The notes under the pieces: generated by a model
Seen by the model: the letters and a program-made list of their open reading frames with translations, nothing else
The model's database searches: none
Told to the model about the DNA's origin: nothing
Origin: Lama guanicoe
Lineage: Eukaryota
Assembly (NCBI GenBank): GCA_013239625.1
Contig: MU054323.1
Coordinates: 7,367,220 to 7,431,219, forward strand
Direction: 5' to 3'
Length of the DNA stretch: 64,000 nucleotides
In this document: piece by piece, positions 1-13,652 of the stretch
Position numbering within the stretch: position 1 is the first letter of the stretch
How the letters are laid out: every line of letters begins with the position of its first letter
Program-made: the position numbers and the translations under genes

Positions 1-1459
1 AGAAGTGGCCTTTCCTGGGCCGAGGGGACCAGAACAAAGGTCATTTCTTGGGTTGCCTGGGCAGCCTCAAGGAAGAACCCAATGCAGCTGAACGCTTCCC
101 ATAGGCTGATACCGTTAGAGGTGATACGCCTAAAGCTGCCTCTCAATCACAGAGGAACTGGAGCCTCAGTGAGGTCAGGTGTGGACCCTGGATGCTGGGG
201 GAGCCTCAGCCATGGAACAGGGTGCTGCCTGCAAGAACGAGGCCTGGCCACAAGCAGAGGGCATGATGGCTTCAGCACAGATCAACCTGGAGCTGTGGAC
301 ACCCCTCTGCTGATGTCACGGCATCTAGCCCGAGTCCTCCAGGCATAGCACTCATTTTTGGTGCAGGAAGGGGAATAATCATCTCTGAAGTGACTGGCTT
401 CAGAGTTTTCCTGGAAATGCCCAGACTAAGTGTCCGGCTCAGACAGTTAGTGCTTAAGAGGGAAATTAAGGCCACTTACAGATTTTTTTTTTTTTGGCCT
501 GAGTATGGCCTGTGAAATTCACACTCACTTCAATGTATGACAGTTACCTGTCATCCCTTCAGAGGGCCAACCCAGCATTAAGCACATGGCAAGTACTCAA
601 TAATCTCGCTCAGTGAGATTTGGGTCAGGCATCACTGCCTGAGGACTGAAGGTCAGGGTCGTAAGACCAGAGATGAAGAAATAGGTTGCTTTAACATGAA
701 ACATGAGACTGAACCTTTGCAAATATTTTAATAGGAAAATGATGATGAGGGATGAAGCAAGAGGGAGGGACGGGGGGTGGATAGGCACATGTGGCTAAAA
801 CTCCAGGGTCAGAAAATGAAACCTACTGCCCACCATCAGCTTGAAAATAATCAGGCCCCTTCCCCGGGATCACAGCCCAGGACATGCCTTCTGAGGAAGA
901 TGGAAACCAGACTCCGATGTTGTCTGTGTTCAGAGCAGGAGAAAGAGAAAAGCCCAGACCACTGGGAAGACGTAATTTTCCCCATGGATCTCAAGCTCCA
1001 GCCCTTGGCTTTAGGATGATCATGTTGGACTAAAACAGTGCTAGGATGGAGCTGTCAGGAGCCCTGTGGGAATTCTGGGTCCAGCAGAGCAATGTCGGTT
1101 TGGCATCCTGGTGGGTCAGTAAATCCCAAAGGCCCTGGGAGAGACACATGTCAGAGGCAATCGATGTGCGTGACTTCCTCAGCCAGGCCTGAGGCTGAGG
1201 TTTAAGGGGGGCCTAGAGATGGGGGCTGCCCTGGGATGAGGTAAATGTTAGTACGAGGGAGGTCAACTGACTCTGCTCTTGGGTGGTGTAGACAACAACA
1301 AAAAGTACCAGCAAGAGCTCCTTCAATCTGTGGAAAGGACTGCGCTCTTTCCTGCCTTCAGGCCTCTGCTTGCTGTTCTCTGTGCCAGGAGCACTGCCCG
1401 CTCCGTGTCCTCTGACCAGCTCCTCCTGGTCTCCCAGCTGTCTGCCCATTGTCACCTCT

Positions 1460-1592
1460 GCTAGGATCAGATTAGGTCTTCCTGGGATGCTCCCACAGAA
1501 CCCTGTACAGCATTAATCTCACCTCTCACATTTATCTTCCTCACCATTGTGCCGACCACATGTAGAGGCTTAATGAGTATTTGTTAAATGAC
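1460..1592 (+). mobile_element. L2 3' end fragment
   Basis: Ends in cacatgtagaggcttaatgagtatttgttaaatga, a degenerate L2 terminus. Confidence 0.5.
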
Positions 1593-1737
1593 AATGAGGT
1601 GTATCAAGTTTCTGACCCTTTTTCTTCTGTAATGGAAAGTGGGAACGTAGCCAGAGTGGGCAGTGATCTCCTGGGAGGACTAAATCTGTCAGTCATCAAT
1701 AAAGCTTTATGTGAAATACTTTAACTAGATAACTAAG

Positions 1738-3080
1738 TGTGGTGGGCAGAACCCTGAGGAAGCCTCCAGTGACACCCTCCCTCTCTGTAGTCATACTTTT
1801 GTGTAATCCCCACCTCATATATATATTTTATTGAAGTGTAGTCAGTTTACAATGTGTCAATTTCTGGTGCACAGCACAATGCTTCAGTCATACATATACA
1901 TACGTGTATTGGTTTTTATATTCCTTTTCACCATAGGTTACTACAAGCTATTGAATATAGTTCCCTGAGCTATACAGTATGAACTTGTTGTTTATCTATT
2001 TTATTTTACATATATTAGTTAGTATCTGCACATCTCGAACTCCCAATTTATCTCTTCCCACCCCTTTCCCCCTCCCTGGTTATCATAAGTTAATTTTCTA
2101 TGTCTGTGAGTCTGTTTCTGTTCTGTAAATAAATTCATTGGTCTTTCTTTTTAGATTCCACATATAAGTGATTTTTCTTTCTCTTTCTGGCTTACTTCAC
2201 TTAGAATGACAATTTCCAGGTCCATCCATGTTGCTGCAAATAGCATTATTTTATTACTTTTTATGGCTGAGTAGTATTCCATTGTATAAACATACCAAAA
2301 CTTTCTTATCCAGTCATCTGTTGATGGACATTTAGGTTGCTTCCATGTCTTGGCTATTGTAAATAGTGCTGCTATAAACATTGGGGTGCATGTATCTTTT
2401 TGAATTAAGTTCCCTCTGGGTATATGCCCAGGAGTGGGACTGCTGGATCATATGGTAAGTCTATTTTTAGTCTTTTGAGGACTCTCCATACTGTTTTCCA
2501 TAATGGCTGCACCAGACTACATTCCCACCAACAGTGTAGGAGGGTTCCCTTTTCTCCAGTATTTATCATTTGTGGACTTTTGAATGGTGGCCATTCTGTC
2601 TGGTGTGAGGTGATACCTCATTATCCCCACCCCTTGAAGGTGGGCTGGGCATAGTGACTGCTCCTAAGGAATCAGGCCAATGGGATGTCACTTCTGAGAT
2701 TAGTATATAAAAAACCTTGACTTCTGTCTTGTCCACACACACTCTCTCTCCCCTGCTCACGTTAATGAAGCTGGATGCCATTATGTGAGCTGCCCTGTGG
2801 AGAGGCCCATGTGGCAAGGAATTGGGGGTGGCTTCTAGCCATCATCTGGCATTGAACTGTGGCCCTCAATCCAATAACCCATGAAGAATCCTGCCAACAA
2901 TGAAGTAAGTCACTGAGCCTTGGGGTGACTGTTACCTTGTGAGAGACCCTGATCCTCAGCTGTGGGGATCCAGCTAAATAAATAGCGCCTGGATTCCTGA
3001 CCCACAGACACCGTGAGGTAAAATTTGTTGTAAGCCGTTAAGTTTTGGAGTAAGTTGTTACGCAGCCGTAGGCAGCTCAC
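1738..3080 (+). mobile_element. MaLR (MLT1-type) solo LTR, interrupted by an L1 insertion
   Basis: Begins tgtggtgggcagaa; contains gagaggcccatgtggcaaggaa and ends aagttttggagtaagttgttacgcagc, typical MLT1 motifs. Confidence 0.75.
1817..2622 (-). mobile_element. 5'-truncated L1 (ORF2 C-terminus + 3'UTR) nested in the MLT1 LTR
   Basis: ORF 2151..2381(-) MFIAALFTIAKTWKQPKCPSTDDWIRK is the L1 ORF2 C-terminus; direct repeat ATCCCCACC at 1806-1814 and 2623-2631 (TSD). Confidence 0.92.
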
Positions 3081-3657
3081 GTGCTGGGCTTGACTTTTTT
3101 CTTTATACATTATTAGATCAGTCCCACCTGAAGAACATCTGACTGAGAGGGAGTAGGAGGGAGAACTCCGGGCTATGACAGACCAGGCCTAATGGCCCTC
3201 AGGAGATGCCAAAGACCTTAGGAAAGAGGACTGTGCATGAGAAAGGACACAAAGATATAGAATCGAGAAACATTTTTCCTGATCTGAGAATGTGCCTAGG
3301 TGCACAGCCTGTCCTGATGCTGAAAAGCTTCAACCTCTTTCCTTTGTCAATAATTACAGGACCTGGAGACAATTCTCCACTGGGAAACCAGTGACTTGGG
3401 AGAGGAGGGGTTGCTGTAGGCGCTGAGATGGGACTCTCACTCTCACCACCACCTTGGGCCAAGACTCAAAGGAGGCAGTGGGGTTCGGTGGGGCAGGCGC
3501 GGCTTGGAAGTCAGGAGACCTGGGTTTTTCTTCAGACTGTGTGGCACGTGCATTTGAATCTTTCTGGGGTTCAGTCATCTCATTTACAAACTGAGCGGCA
3601 TCAGCCAGATGACCTGTGAAGTATTTTTCACATACCAAACTCTGACCCTATGGCCTT

Positions 3658-3692
3658 TGCTAAGTCACTTAATCACAGACGTGCTGAGTCAT
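3658..3692. promoter_or_regulatory. Tandem ARE/MARE-like sites (candidate CNC-sMAF enhancer)
   Basis: TGCTAAGTCAC (3658-3668) and TGCTGAGTCAT (3682-3692); motif match only. Confidence 0.4.
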
Positions 3693-6600
3693 CAAAGCAT
3701 CGCTTCGGTCGTAACCGCACTGTCAGCGAAGGATTCTCCTCTGAGGGCTTTTGGCAGCCACCTCGGGTCACACGAGGCATGTTTACTCCTACTTCACCTT
3801 TCTCACAAGTGGAGTCAACGCCAGAGATGCCACCCACTTACGCCTCACGCACACGGAGCCGCTGAGGGGGTGCAGACAGGGCTGTCTCAAAAGAGACAGA
3901 GTTTGAAATCAGGTCCTTCTATTACATAAGCACAGACTGGAGCATCCAGAGCACACACAGCTGGAGGCAGAGCACACAGCATCACTGCTGGCTTGGCGAC
4001 AGTCACCTCCGAGCCCAGCCGGGGCCGCTTGTCCTCTGCCCTCTTGACAGGTCTGTGCCAGATGGACATGCTGAAGGCAGTGCAGACAGGAGCCCTGTGC
4101 TGAGCAACTGCATCTTGTCTCAAAGCCACAAAACATACAAAAGTATGTTCAGAGAGGCAGGCCCTCCCCGGGGACACTGCCGAACACGCCACTGGAAGCA
4201 AACCAATCTAGAGTAAGCGACCCTGTAGGAGGCTGGGGGTCGGGGGAGTCGGGGAGCATCATCGTTGGAACCTAGAGATTACGGGGAACCTTAGAATCAC
4301 ACAGAAATCAGCAAAGGTGGAGGGACCAGTTAAGTGGCTCTGGGGGATGGGGACAATGAGGGTAAAAAGCAATCGCGTGCCTCGGGTTTCAAACAGCTGC
4401 CAGGAGAGGGGTGGTTAGCCTGGAGAAGCTGGGGAAGCTTTTGAGGTTTTGAGGTTTCCCGATGCGAGGACAGTGGGACCTTGCTGTAGCACAGCCTGTA
4501 ACAAAGGCTTGGATAAAGCACAGGCCAATCATGTGTCTAACCAACAACTGGACACAATAAATGCCCTGTAACTCAGGTTCTGTGAGTACAGAGGTCCCTT
4601 GTAGTTGGAAACAATTCTGTTGGAAAGACAGAGCTAGAGAATGTTATTAATCTGAGAAGCTCTCTCGTCTGCTGGCCCTTCACTTCTAACTCAGCGAGAC
4701 TCTGAGAGACTCTGCGAACCTGAGAAAGCTATGTATCGTGTTTCAAGAAAACAGCTCAGAAATTATACTTATAATTTCAGAGGGTTTGTTACCCCAGGAA
4801 AACAGCCTCTGTTCTGGTCCAACATTCATAAGTATACCTGAGAAGACTGAGGTCGAGAGAGGACACAAGGTCACAAAGAAATTAGGAGCAAGGCTAAGAC
4901 TGGTACCTGGGTCTTCTAATTGCCTTAAACTGCTGGGAGAAACCGAAGCACACTGGGACCCTGGCACCATCCTTCTGAGGTCAGAAGGAACGTGGATCAG
5001 TCGAGACTTCTCACTGCTGAGGCCAAACATGATTTTCGATAGCAACGCAGATTAATTTCCAACACGAGTCAGAAATGTGAGAAAGGCGAATACGGTGATC
5101 ACGACTTAGTCTTTTGTCTAGAGCGCAAATCTAATACTGGAGCCAAGACAGGTACAGTGAATGCCAGAGGAGGTGACTTGAGGACACTGAGCAGGGACAG
5201 GGACTCACACGCTGTGGCCAAGGGCACAGCCGCACAGGGAGAAAGGCGCTGTCTGCAGCAGGGAAACGTGCGCTGCTCAGGCCTCCCCAGCTGGGTGCCT
5301 GGCACACGGTAGGGGCTCCATAAAGACTATTTCCTTCTCTTCTTTTTCCTTATGGAACAGGTATGAGATTTTTAAAAAAATCTCCTTGATACATGTTATC
5401 ACCAGGTAATCAAGCCCAGAGAGGCTTATGACAAAAAGCGTGATTTGGGGAGTTAATGCCCTCTCCAGGGCACTGTTAACTGCACCCCCTCCCCACACAC
5501 ACCCCCCCCAGAGGAAACTCTGAGCTAAGTGGTTATCATGGTAACAGAAGGAGACACTTTAGTCTCCATTTCTCTCTCTGACTCGTGGATACCTGCCAGG
5601 TAGCAGATGGCCTGTGTGGACAACTACCTTCCTTTTGCTGCAGTGTATTTAAATTAAACAAACTGGCCTCTTTGCTGCCAATTTTCATAGGCCCACTCAG
5701 AAAAACAACAACAACAAAACCAAGAAAACAACATTGGGAGAAAGGGGAAGTGCAAGTCTGAAGCCACCGTGAGTGTGTAGAGGACTGGGATATATACAGA
5801 ATGGACTTCGTACATTATTTTCTTCAAGAAAAGGTAAAAAAAAAAAAACCCCACCAAATTGAGATTACTTTCAACTGGTGCTGATGGTGACTCTGCTAGG
5901 AAATTGCAGCTGCCTCATCAAATGTGCAAGGAAAAAGAGGGAGAGAAGGTTATCTGACGCTGCACTGTCTGTCCTGCTGCAAGATTTGAAAATAATTGCC
6001 TAACGTGACAAGAGTTAAGACTGCTGGGAGTCAGGCCCAGGGATGGAAGCGAACACACAAGAGGGAAGGGACGAGAAAGGCAGCCATGTGGCAGTGAGTG
6101 AAGCAGCAGCCTGGTTCCCTCCAGGGTGAATGAGAAACAGGTAAAGAACACGCCTGGAGACCTGCCTCCCTTGCCGAGGTGTCCACTTGCAAGCTTCAGT
6201 GCCGTGTAGCTTTTAAGGATGGACTTGGCTTCTAAACACCAGAGAGAAACGCCAAAGAGTGGTATGATGTCTCACTTCTCTCACCACCATTAATACACAT
6301 TCATCTAACACGTGTGTCTCCTGGGAGGAAGGGGGCCACCAAAAAGTCTACCATGAGGTCCCTCCGCAGAGGGCTGACATCTGCTCCCACATCACTTCAG
6401 GAAACTCAGGGCTTTCCCCTGACCTATCACTCCCTGCAGTGGCTTGTGGCGTTGGCTGCTACAGACGGGAAAGAGTGATGGCAGGACTGCTGGGTGTTGG
6501 GTGATCACATTGTTGGCAATGGGTAGAAGCTTACAGTTCTCAGTCTTCATGATTCTGCCCCCATTCAAGTTATACTGAATTATGTAGAAGACAAACTCAC

Positions 6601-7189
6601 CCAAGGCTGACAGGGGGTGGGGTGGGGCGGGGCAAGGCGTCCAGTTATCTTTCTTAGTGGAAGGAGGGAAGCATATTAAGTTCCTGAGACTGTCTCAAAA
6701 GAACAATCTATTAAAACTCACCATAAACCCAAAGATCAAAAGAAAGTTGAAATTTAAACTTTTAGATAGGGAAGCTCATAAATTCCGAGACCAGAATTAC
6801 CCTCTTTCTGTTTGTTCCTCCTAGTTTGCCCAGCTCCATTTGAAAATGGTATGCCATTAGTTCTCACTGGAGGATTTCAAAGCCAGTTCTCAGCAAAACG
6901 ACCAGGGACCTCCTCAAGGGAAAGATCCCTGTAAAACGAAGACCCAACACTCAGACTGCATATTAGAAACCAAAGGAGGACAGGATTCCAGGAGAGCATG
7001 GTCTTCACTCAGATCGCTAAATCATTGATCAGGCTGGCAGCCAGAACCTATCAATGACATTTTAAAGTGCAATGAGCCAAACTGAAATGCTACTAAGTAG
7101 GAGAAACTTGCACAGTGAGATGTGGCGTTGACCCAGCACCACCACTCCATGTCGGGTCCCTGTTCTGTGTAATATGCTGCTTAGGGGTC

Positions 7190-7385
7190 AAGCTCTGCAA
7201 TCAGGTAGACCTTGTTTGGATTCCAGCTCTGCCATTTACTACTGTGTGATCATGGGCAACTTATTTAAACCTCTCTGTATCTCAGATTTTTCATAGCTGA
7301 AGGGGAGACAATAATAACTTCACAGGTTGGTCAGGATGCACATAAACTGCTCATACGGGCTCAATGCAGTGCTACCTGCCACGCT
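7190..7385 (+). mobile_element. MIR SINE
   Basis: Core ttccagctctgccatttactactgtgtgatcatgggcaacttatttaaacctctctgtatctcag. Confidence 0.8.
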
Positions 7386-7831
7386 TCACTATGAATGGGG
7401 TACAGCAGGGCTGAGAAGGGGCCAGGTCTCCACGCTCAGCCAGCTCACAGCCTCCCAGTCAGTTTGGCAGGTGTGCCAGCAGCATCCAAAGGAGGATGAA
7501 GTCCGTGTCGCAGCGGAGGGACAAAGGGAAAGGGGCATGGATCCCAGAGGGTTTCACTCTGACCTTCTGGAACGGGGTAAGGTTTCACAGAAGAGGTGGC
7601 ATCTGAGAGTGTCTTTAGGGGTATAATTTCAACAGGCAGAAGAGACCTGGGGAGGGCAATCCAGGTGAGGAAGGGGCAGGAGCAGAGGCACCACGAGAGG
7701 AGGCTGTGGGGGACAAGGAGCGTGTGGCAATGCTACTACGCAGGGAGCACGGAAGACAAGTGGTGGCACAGAAGAGTGTGGGCCAGTCACCCAGAGCCTG
7801 GAATAAATGGTCAAGTCTATTACTAGGCCCT

Positions 7832-8032
7832 AGACAGGCAGACTACAGCCCACGGCCGAATCCTGCTCGCCACCTGCTTTTTTCCAGTCTGTGAGCTAAG
7901 AATGTTTTTTACGTTTTTTAGTGGTCTTATTTTAAATGGTTATGTAAGTCCTTACATAATATCTTTGATTCTGTTCACAAAGCCTAACATATTTACTATC
8001 TAACCCTCCAAGAAAAAGCTTGCTGACCCCTG
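7832..8032. mobile_element. hAT-Charlie MER58-like DNA transposon remnant
   Basis: ggcagactacagcccacggccgaatcc ... aagcctaacatatttactatctaaccct ... gaaaaagcttgctgacccctg. Confidence 0.75.
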
Positions 8033-8482
8033 CTATAGGCAATGGCAGAGGGAGCCAGTGAAGGCTTCCGAGGAGGGAACGTATCTGGTCTGATCAGAAT
8101 CTGGCTCTGGGGCAACGTGAGGGAGGGGCAGAGAAGCAAGAGACAGGAGACAAGGAGACCTATGTGCAGGCTCTTCCAACAGACCAGGTGACAGACGACG
8201 GAGGCTGGAATGAAGAATGGCGAGAATTAGAGGAAAGAGATACAAGCAAGGTTTTGGAGGAAAAAGAGACCAGGCTTTGACAACTGAGTGGGAAGAGCAG
8301 AGGATTGGAAGGGAGCATGCGGGTAGGGAGTGCTGGCAATGACATTAACAGAAGCAGGAAATAGGGACAAGGGGGTGATTTGTGGGGGAAGGTGACTGGG
8401 GATTCTTTACCATCCATCCCATAGCTAAACCTCAGAATAAGGGATGCTGAGAATGGTATCACAGAGACAGGTTCTCTGGGCT

Positions 8483-8688
8483 CAGGGCAGAGCTTCTTAA
8501 CCAGGGATAATTTCACCTGCTAGGGACTTGGTTGGGGTGGGGAGGGGGCTACCACTGCAATTCAGTAGGCAGAGATCAAGGACGCTGCTAAACATACTAC
8601 AAGTCCTTTACCCAACCACACACACACACACACACACACAAAGTTATCTGGCCTCAAATGTCCGTAGTGCTGAGGATGAGAAACCTGG
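8483..8688. mobile_element. MER20-like hAT element with internal (AC)n
   Basis: cttcttaaccagggataattt ... gctgctaaacat ... aatgtccgtagtgctgaggatgagaaacctg. Confidence 0.75.
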
Positions 8689-9159
8689 CTAAGGGTGACA
8701 GTTACAAGGTCCTAGAGAGGGTGGCCTGTCCAGGGCTTCTTTTTCCAGATGGGGAGCTGCTGTAGAAGGAAGGGCAGGCCACCAGTAGTCTGACATCAGG
8801 TTAGAAACTTCAAGGGGCCAAGAATAAACTCTGATAATCTTCTGCACATTTGGGAGATATCCCGGGGGCAGCTACAGGCCTGAGAGTCTCCTAGATTCTC
8901 TCTTGGTTTTCTGAGGCCCGAACTGGTTAAATACAGGAGTTGAAATTTGAAATGTGAAAGCAGTGAATACACAGTGAATGTTACATATATTTAAGTTAAT
9001 AAGAATACATAATACTGAAAGCATGGAAGGGTTTATGCTTAGCCAACTTTACAGAGCAGTAGTGAGTTGGCATGGATTCTTATTAAAGGAACCACTTTAG
9101 CTGCAGTTACCTATCTTTCTGCATTGCCTCCAATTTTATAAAACATGCATCTATATTAT

Positions 9160-9334
9160 TCTTCTCCTTCCTTCCTTCCTTCCTTCCTTCCTTCCTTCCT
9201 TCCTTCCTTCCTTCCTTCCTTCCTTCCTTCCTTCCTTCCTTCCTTCCTTCCTTCCTTCCTTCCTTCCTTCCTTCCTTCCTTCCTTTCTTTCTTTCTTTCT
9301 TTCTTTCTTTTCTTTTCTTTCTTTCTTTCTTTTT
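9160..9334. repeat. Compound microsatellite (TTCC)~29 followed by (TTTC)n
   Basis: Directly visible; generates the spurious EGRK/PSFL ORFs. Confidence 0.98.
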
Positions 9335-12300
9335 GAAGCATTGGGCATCTATATTGCAGATCCAAATGAGAGTAATTTTACTTGCCAAATTATGATCAGC
9401 AGCAAATGGAGAAGAGCATAAGGGAGTCTACCATACCTTTAAAATATGCTTCTTTGGCTGAAACTAAGCAGATGCTCATTTTGCTTAAGGACTCCAGGCC
9501 AGGAAGCTCCCTACCTCGGCATCGCTGTTGATGTGGAACATTGGAACCAGCCTGAGGGCAGCTATAAAACCCTAGAGATTGGTATAGCTTCAGGATTCAA
9601 GGAAATGCCATGAATGCTCTCCAAGTGGAAGGTCACAGATCCACCGGCAATGCCAAGTGAAGATGCTGACTGAGGTCTAACAGAAAGAGAGGGTAGGGAA
9701 TCCTCTTCCTGTGGGAGGTGTCGCCGAGAATTCCAGAGATAAGCCAAAGGAGAGGGTACCATGGAGCAGCTGATAGTGTTTCCTTAGGATGCTTTCTTTT
9801 GTCTAGAAAAGTGGGAGGTAGAAGGTTAGCATGAATAACCCCTGGGGAAGAAGTTGGTTAGAAAGTCCAGACAATAAAGGGAGGGCCAGAGGGTGTCAAA
9901 GTCACAAATGGAGACACCAGTCAAATGAACCCAGATGGCTTTCTGTAGACCCTTCTTGGTTTATAGCTTTTCCCCAATGTTCTGATGGGTAACAGAGATG
10001 AAAGGATCAAAGAATTGTGGATTGGAAGTTTATAAGTGAGAAAACTGAGGTTTGTAAAGGTTATATACATGTTGAGACAGAAGAAATGAGGTTTTGTCAA
10101 CAAGGGTCTATGAGTCGGAAGAGCAATCCATTCACACATAACTCAATAAGGCAGACTGAAGATTTAACTCCTTCCTTTGTTGCAGTGAAACCAATGGGGG
10201 TGAGGAGGTTGAACAAGATAAAAACTGTTTTTCAGAGCTGTCTACATACCACCATACTGAGAATTTCCTTTCCAAGGTTGCTGATAACTTCCTTATTGTC
10301 AAATCCTTGTCTGTCTTACTAACTTTTCTCTTGAAACTTTCTAGCTTTTTTTTTTTTTCTGAGAACCCACAATCCTATCCCTCCTCTTTCTTCTTTTAGT
10401 CTACTACAGCGTTTCCCTAAGGCTCATATTCATGGTTTCAACCTTAATTTTACGTTGAAGACTTCCAAATCTACACTGCTAGCCCTGTTTCCCCACTAAA
10501 ATTTCAGTTGCATACCCTCAAATATCTAATAGACCAGAAAAAAGCTTGACTGCCTGCGTATTCTTTGTAACTCCATTTATTCAAATCAGATCAAAGTCTC
10601 CTTCCTGTGTCCCACATCATCTCCCCAGTTTCACTTTTTCAGTCATTTCCCATGTTCCAGGCTCAAGGCTGAGAAGTCATCTTCTTTTCTGTTGACGTGT
10701 TGCTGAGACCCGGACTGGAGTATTCTGGGGGAAGACATTGTGTCCTAGGAATCCCAATATTCCTCCAGTGCAAGGTGAAATTCTCCAGCTTGGTGTGTAG
10801 AGATTTTCCCCAGAGACCCTGGCACATAGTTTTCATATGTTGTATGCACTCTGGTCAGGAGAGGCAAAGGCAGAAATACAGTATAGGAGGGAAATAAACA
10901 AGCAGGTAAGGAAATCTCTCAGCTTGTGATTGATGAGAGAGATGAAAAATATTGGAGGTGTGGAAAAAAGATGCAAACGCTATTTCCCCCCATTTCCTTA
11001 GACTATAAATTCCCTGTAGGTACTCAAGGAGTTTTGGGGCAGTGAAATGTAACATTGAAATATTTTCAATGTTATAATGATATTTCCTCTTTTTGGGAAA
11101 ACAAACAAACCAACCAACCAAAAACCCCCAACAAGATGCCAGGTCCCTGCAGTGAGTACAGGAGCCAAGATTGATGAATGAGCATCCTTTGCAGACTTTC
11201 ACGGGGCCATCTGTGGGCAGCCAGCACGGGCTGAGAGTCTATGTACAGAGACTAGGACCGGGCCCAGGCTGAAGGTTTGGGGCATAGTCACAGAGTACAG
11301 CACACTGATCTTTGTTTACGAAAAACATCAGTGCAGCTTGCAAACTTGGGAGGGGAGCAGTGGTGCCTAAGGCTCCGGATGTGTCTGATCAGGCTTGTGT
11401 TTCTGTATTTAGGGCGTCACGCCAACCATGAAATAACTTCCATACTATCTGAGGGTGGAATTTGTGTAGGATTTCTCTTTTTATCCTCCAAAAGGCCAAG
11501 CTCACTGCCTTGAACATACGTAGTAAGACACTGCTGAAGATATAAATAAACAGCAATCCTTCGCCTTTCAGGAAGTAGACTCAGGCTTCTATTCAGAGTA
11601 CGGCAGGGATAGGGAGTCCGGAAGATTTTAGAGAGACAGGGAATCACTTCCTGATGAGAATGCATCCAAAGGTTAAGTCAACCAAGAGGCACAATGACCC
11701 ATGAGCACATCAAGGGGTTCCCCAATAATCTCTTTAGTGGACAAAGTGGAGGTTTTCATTTGTTGTTGTGTAGGGTTGTTTTTTTTTTAAGTACTTTCTC
11801 GTAAACTTACAAAGTAAATATTCATGTGGTTTCTTGGAGTCCTCATGGGTCAAGCGTGGTTAACTAAATATTGAGTACCCTTCCGTTAAGGCATATTTGG
11901 TGAAGCCGTGGTCAGAGATGGGGGCTCTTGAGAGCCAGCCCTCATCGTGCTTTCTTTGGTGTAGTCGTGGTGGGGTATTTGTTTGGTTCTGGAAATCAGA
12001 AAGGGCATTGGAGCAAGATGCCACTTGACATCCCAACTGACTAAAGTAAAAAGAGAAATCCCAAGAGCGGCCATGTTGTCTTAGTGGAATCCCCAAGATT
12101 CCTCTAATTACATAATTTTCAGAGTAACACCTATATTACCCTCTGGACCACTACCTTACTAACCTGAGTCAAGGCCACCCTATCCTTATACAGCGCTGTG
12201 TACAGTTACAATCTAAGTCTGACATTGATCTGTACATAAAAAGTAATGATTGTCTAAGAGTAGGAACCAGAGAAGTGTTTAAAGAAATACACCCTTCATG

Positions 12301-13545
12301 AATAAATTGCACCCCTTGCCTTGGATAGCTCATTTTATTTGGGGTTAGCAATCCAGCAGTGCAATTTTATGGTATGTTGAGTCTTGCGGTATAATGGAAC
12401 CCTAAGGTGTCCCTAGAATAAATCTGTACACTGAGATCCCTCCACACTAGGATTGGGATATTGTCTGACCTGATGCAGCAGCCCTCTGCTGCAGCTCAAC
12501 GGTAACACCACGGCTAGCGGGTCCTCAGTCTGTTGTTGCCCTAGTGCGCCCCTCTGTAACATGCTGGCAAGTCCTGCAGCCACGTTCCTGGTTGTAGGCA
12601 TTGGCTTCTTACTGAGCAATGTTCAAAATATTTCCAAATGATACAGATAACTACAGATATCCTGCATTTTATAGAGTGTCTGAGCCAAAAAAAAAAGGGA
12701 GGATGATTTTACTCTTCATAATCAGTATCTGTTCTCTAGACAAAAATAGTAACAGAGTTAATAATAACACTAGTGTATGTGCTTGCTCTTCCTGTTCTCT
12801 TGTTTTTCTGATTCCTTACTATAAAGGACATTTCTAAACCATCACTTAGTCTCTTGACTGGATCTAACTATTAACACAGGGGTACCTTGAGCAAAATCAC
12901 TGGTATAGGTACTTGAACCAGTTATGTCCCTTACAAGTAATAAACTTATGAATTCACACTGTTTTTTAAGTCAAAATCTTGTGAATTTGGTTAGTAACAG
13001 TTTTCATTCAGCAGCTATTCATTGACTATCACGTGGCAGGCACTGGGCTAGCGGGGATGGGATGTAGTAGTGACAAAGGCAGAGGAGGCCCTTTAATTAC
13101 AGTCTGATGATTATCAGGGGCCTGATTAACCCTGACTCAACCAATACAATCTAATTCCTGAGCGTGTTAAACTGTAGGGTATATCGTGGGTTGAACAGTC
13201 ACTCAGTGAAGTCTTATCTGAAATAGCCAGGCAGTTCCACCCTTAATTATAACCCTTGGATCTGAGAAAGGAGAAGGGGCAGGAGGGAGGAAGAGACGAA
13301 AGACAGAAGAATGATCAGTTGAGGTACTAATGTCACTCAAAACACTGGAAAAGTGGCCGAGGCTGAAGGTAGAGCCGTAGCCCCGAAGTCACAGTTAAAG
13401 TCACAGTTACCCAATTCTCTCTTCAAATTCCACCACAGCCAAAATTAACCCCTAAAAGGGAATGAAGAAGACAGATTGCATAAAAAGTTCTCTATAATGG
13501 ATTTACAGAGTCAGTTTGGGGAAGCATGCTGGTAAATTCTTCATT

Positions 13546-13652
13546 ATGACTGAAAAATTGTGTTGTACACCAGAAATTGACACAACATTGTAAACGGTCT
13601 GTAACTCAAAAAAAAAAAGCCAATAGAGATAAACAACAACAACAACAAAAAA
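13546..13652 (+). mobile_element. Very short young L1 3' end with A/CAA tail
   Basis: atgactgaaaaattgtgttgtacaccagaaattgacacaacattgtaaac... matches the 3' terminus of the L1 at 36900-36960. Confidence 0.8.

Noticed and set aside
9107..9388. ORFs with (EGRK)n / (PSFL)n repeats
   Set aside because: Translation of a tetranucleotide microsatellite in several frames; not a gene
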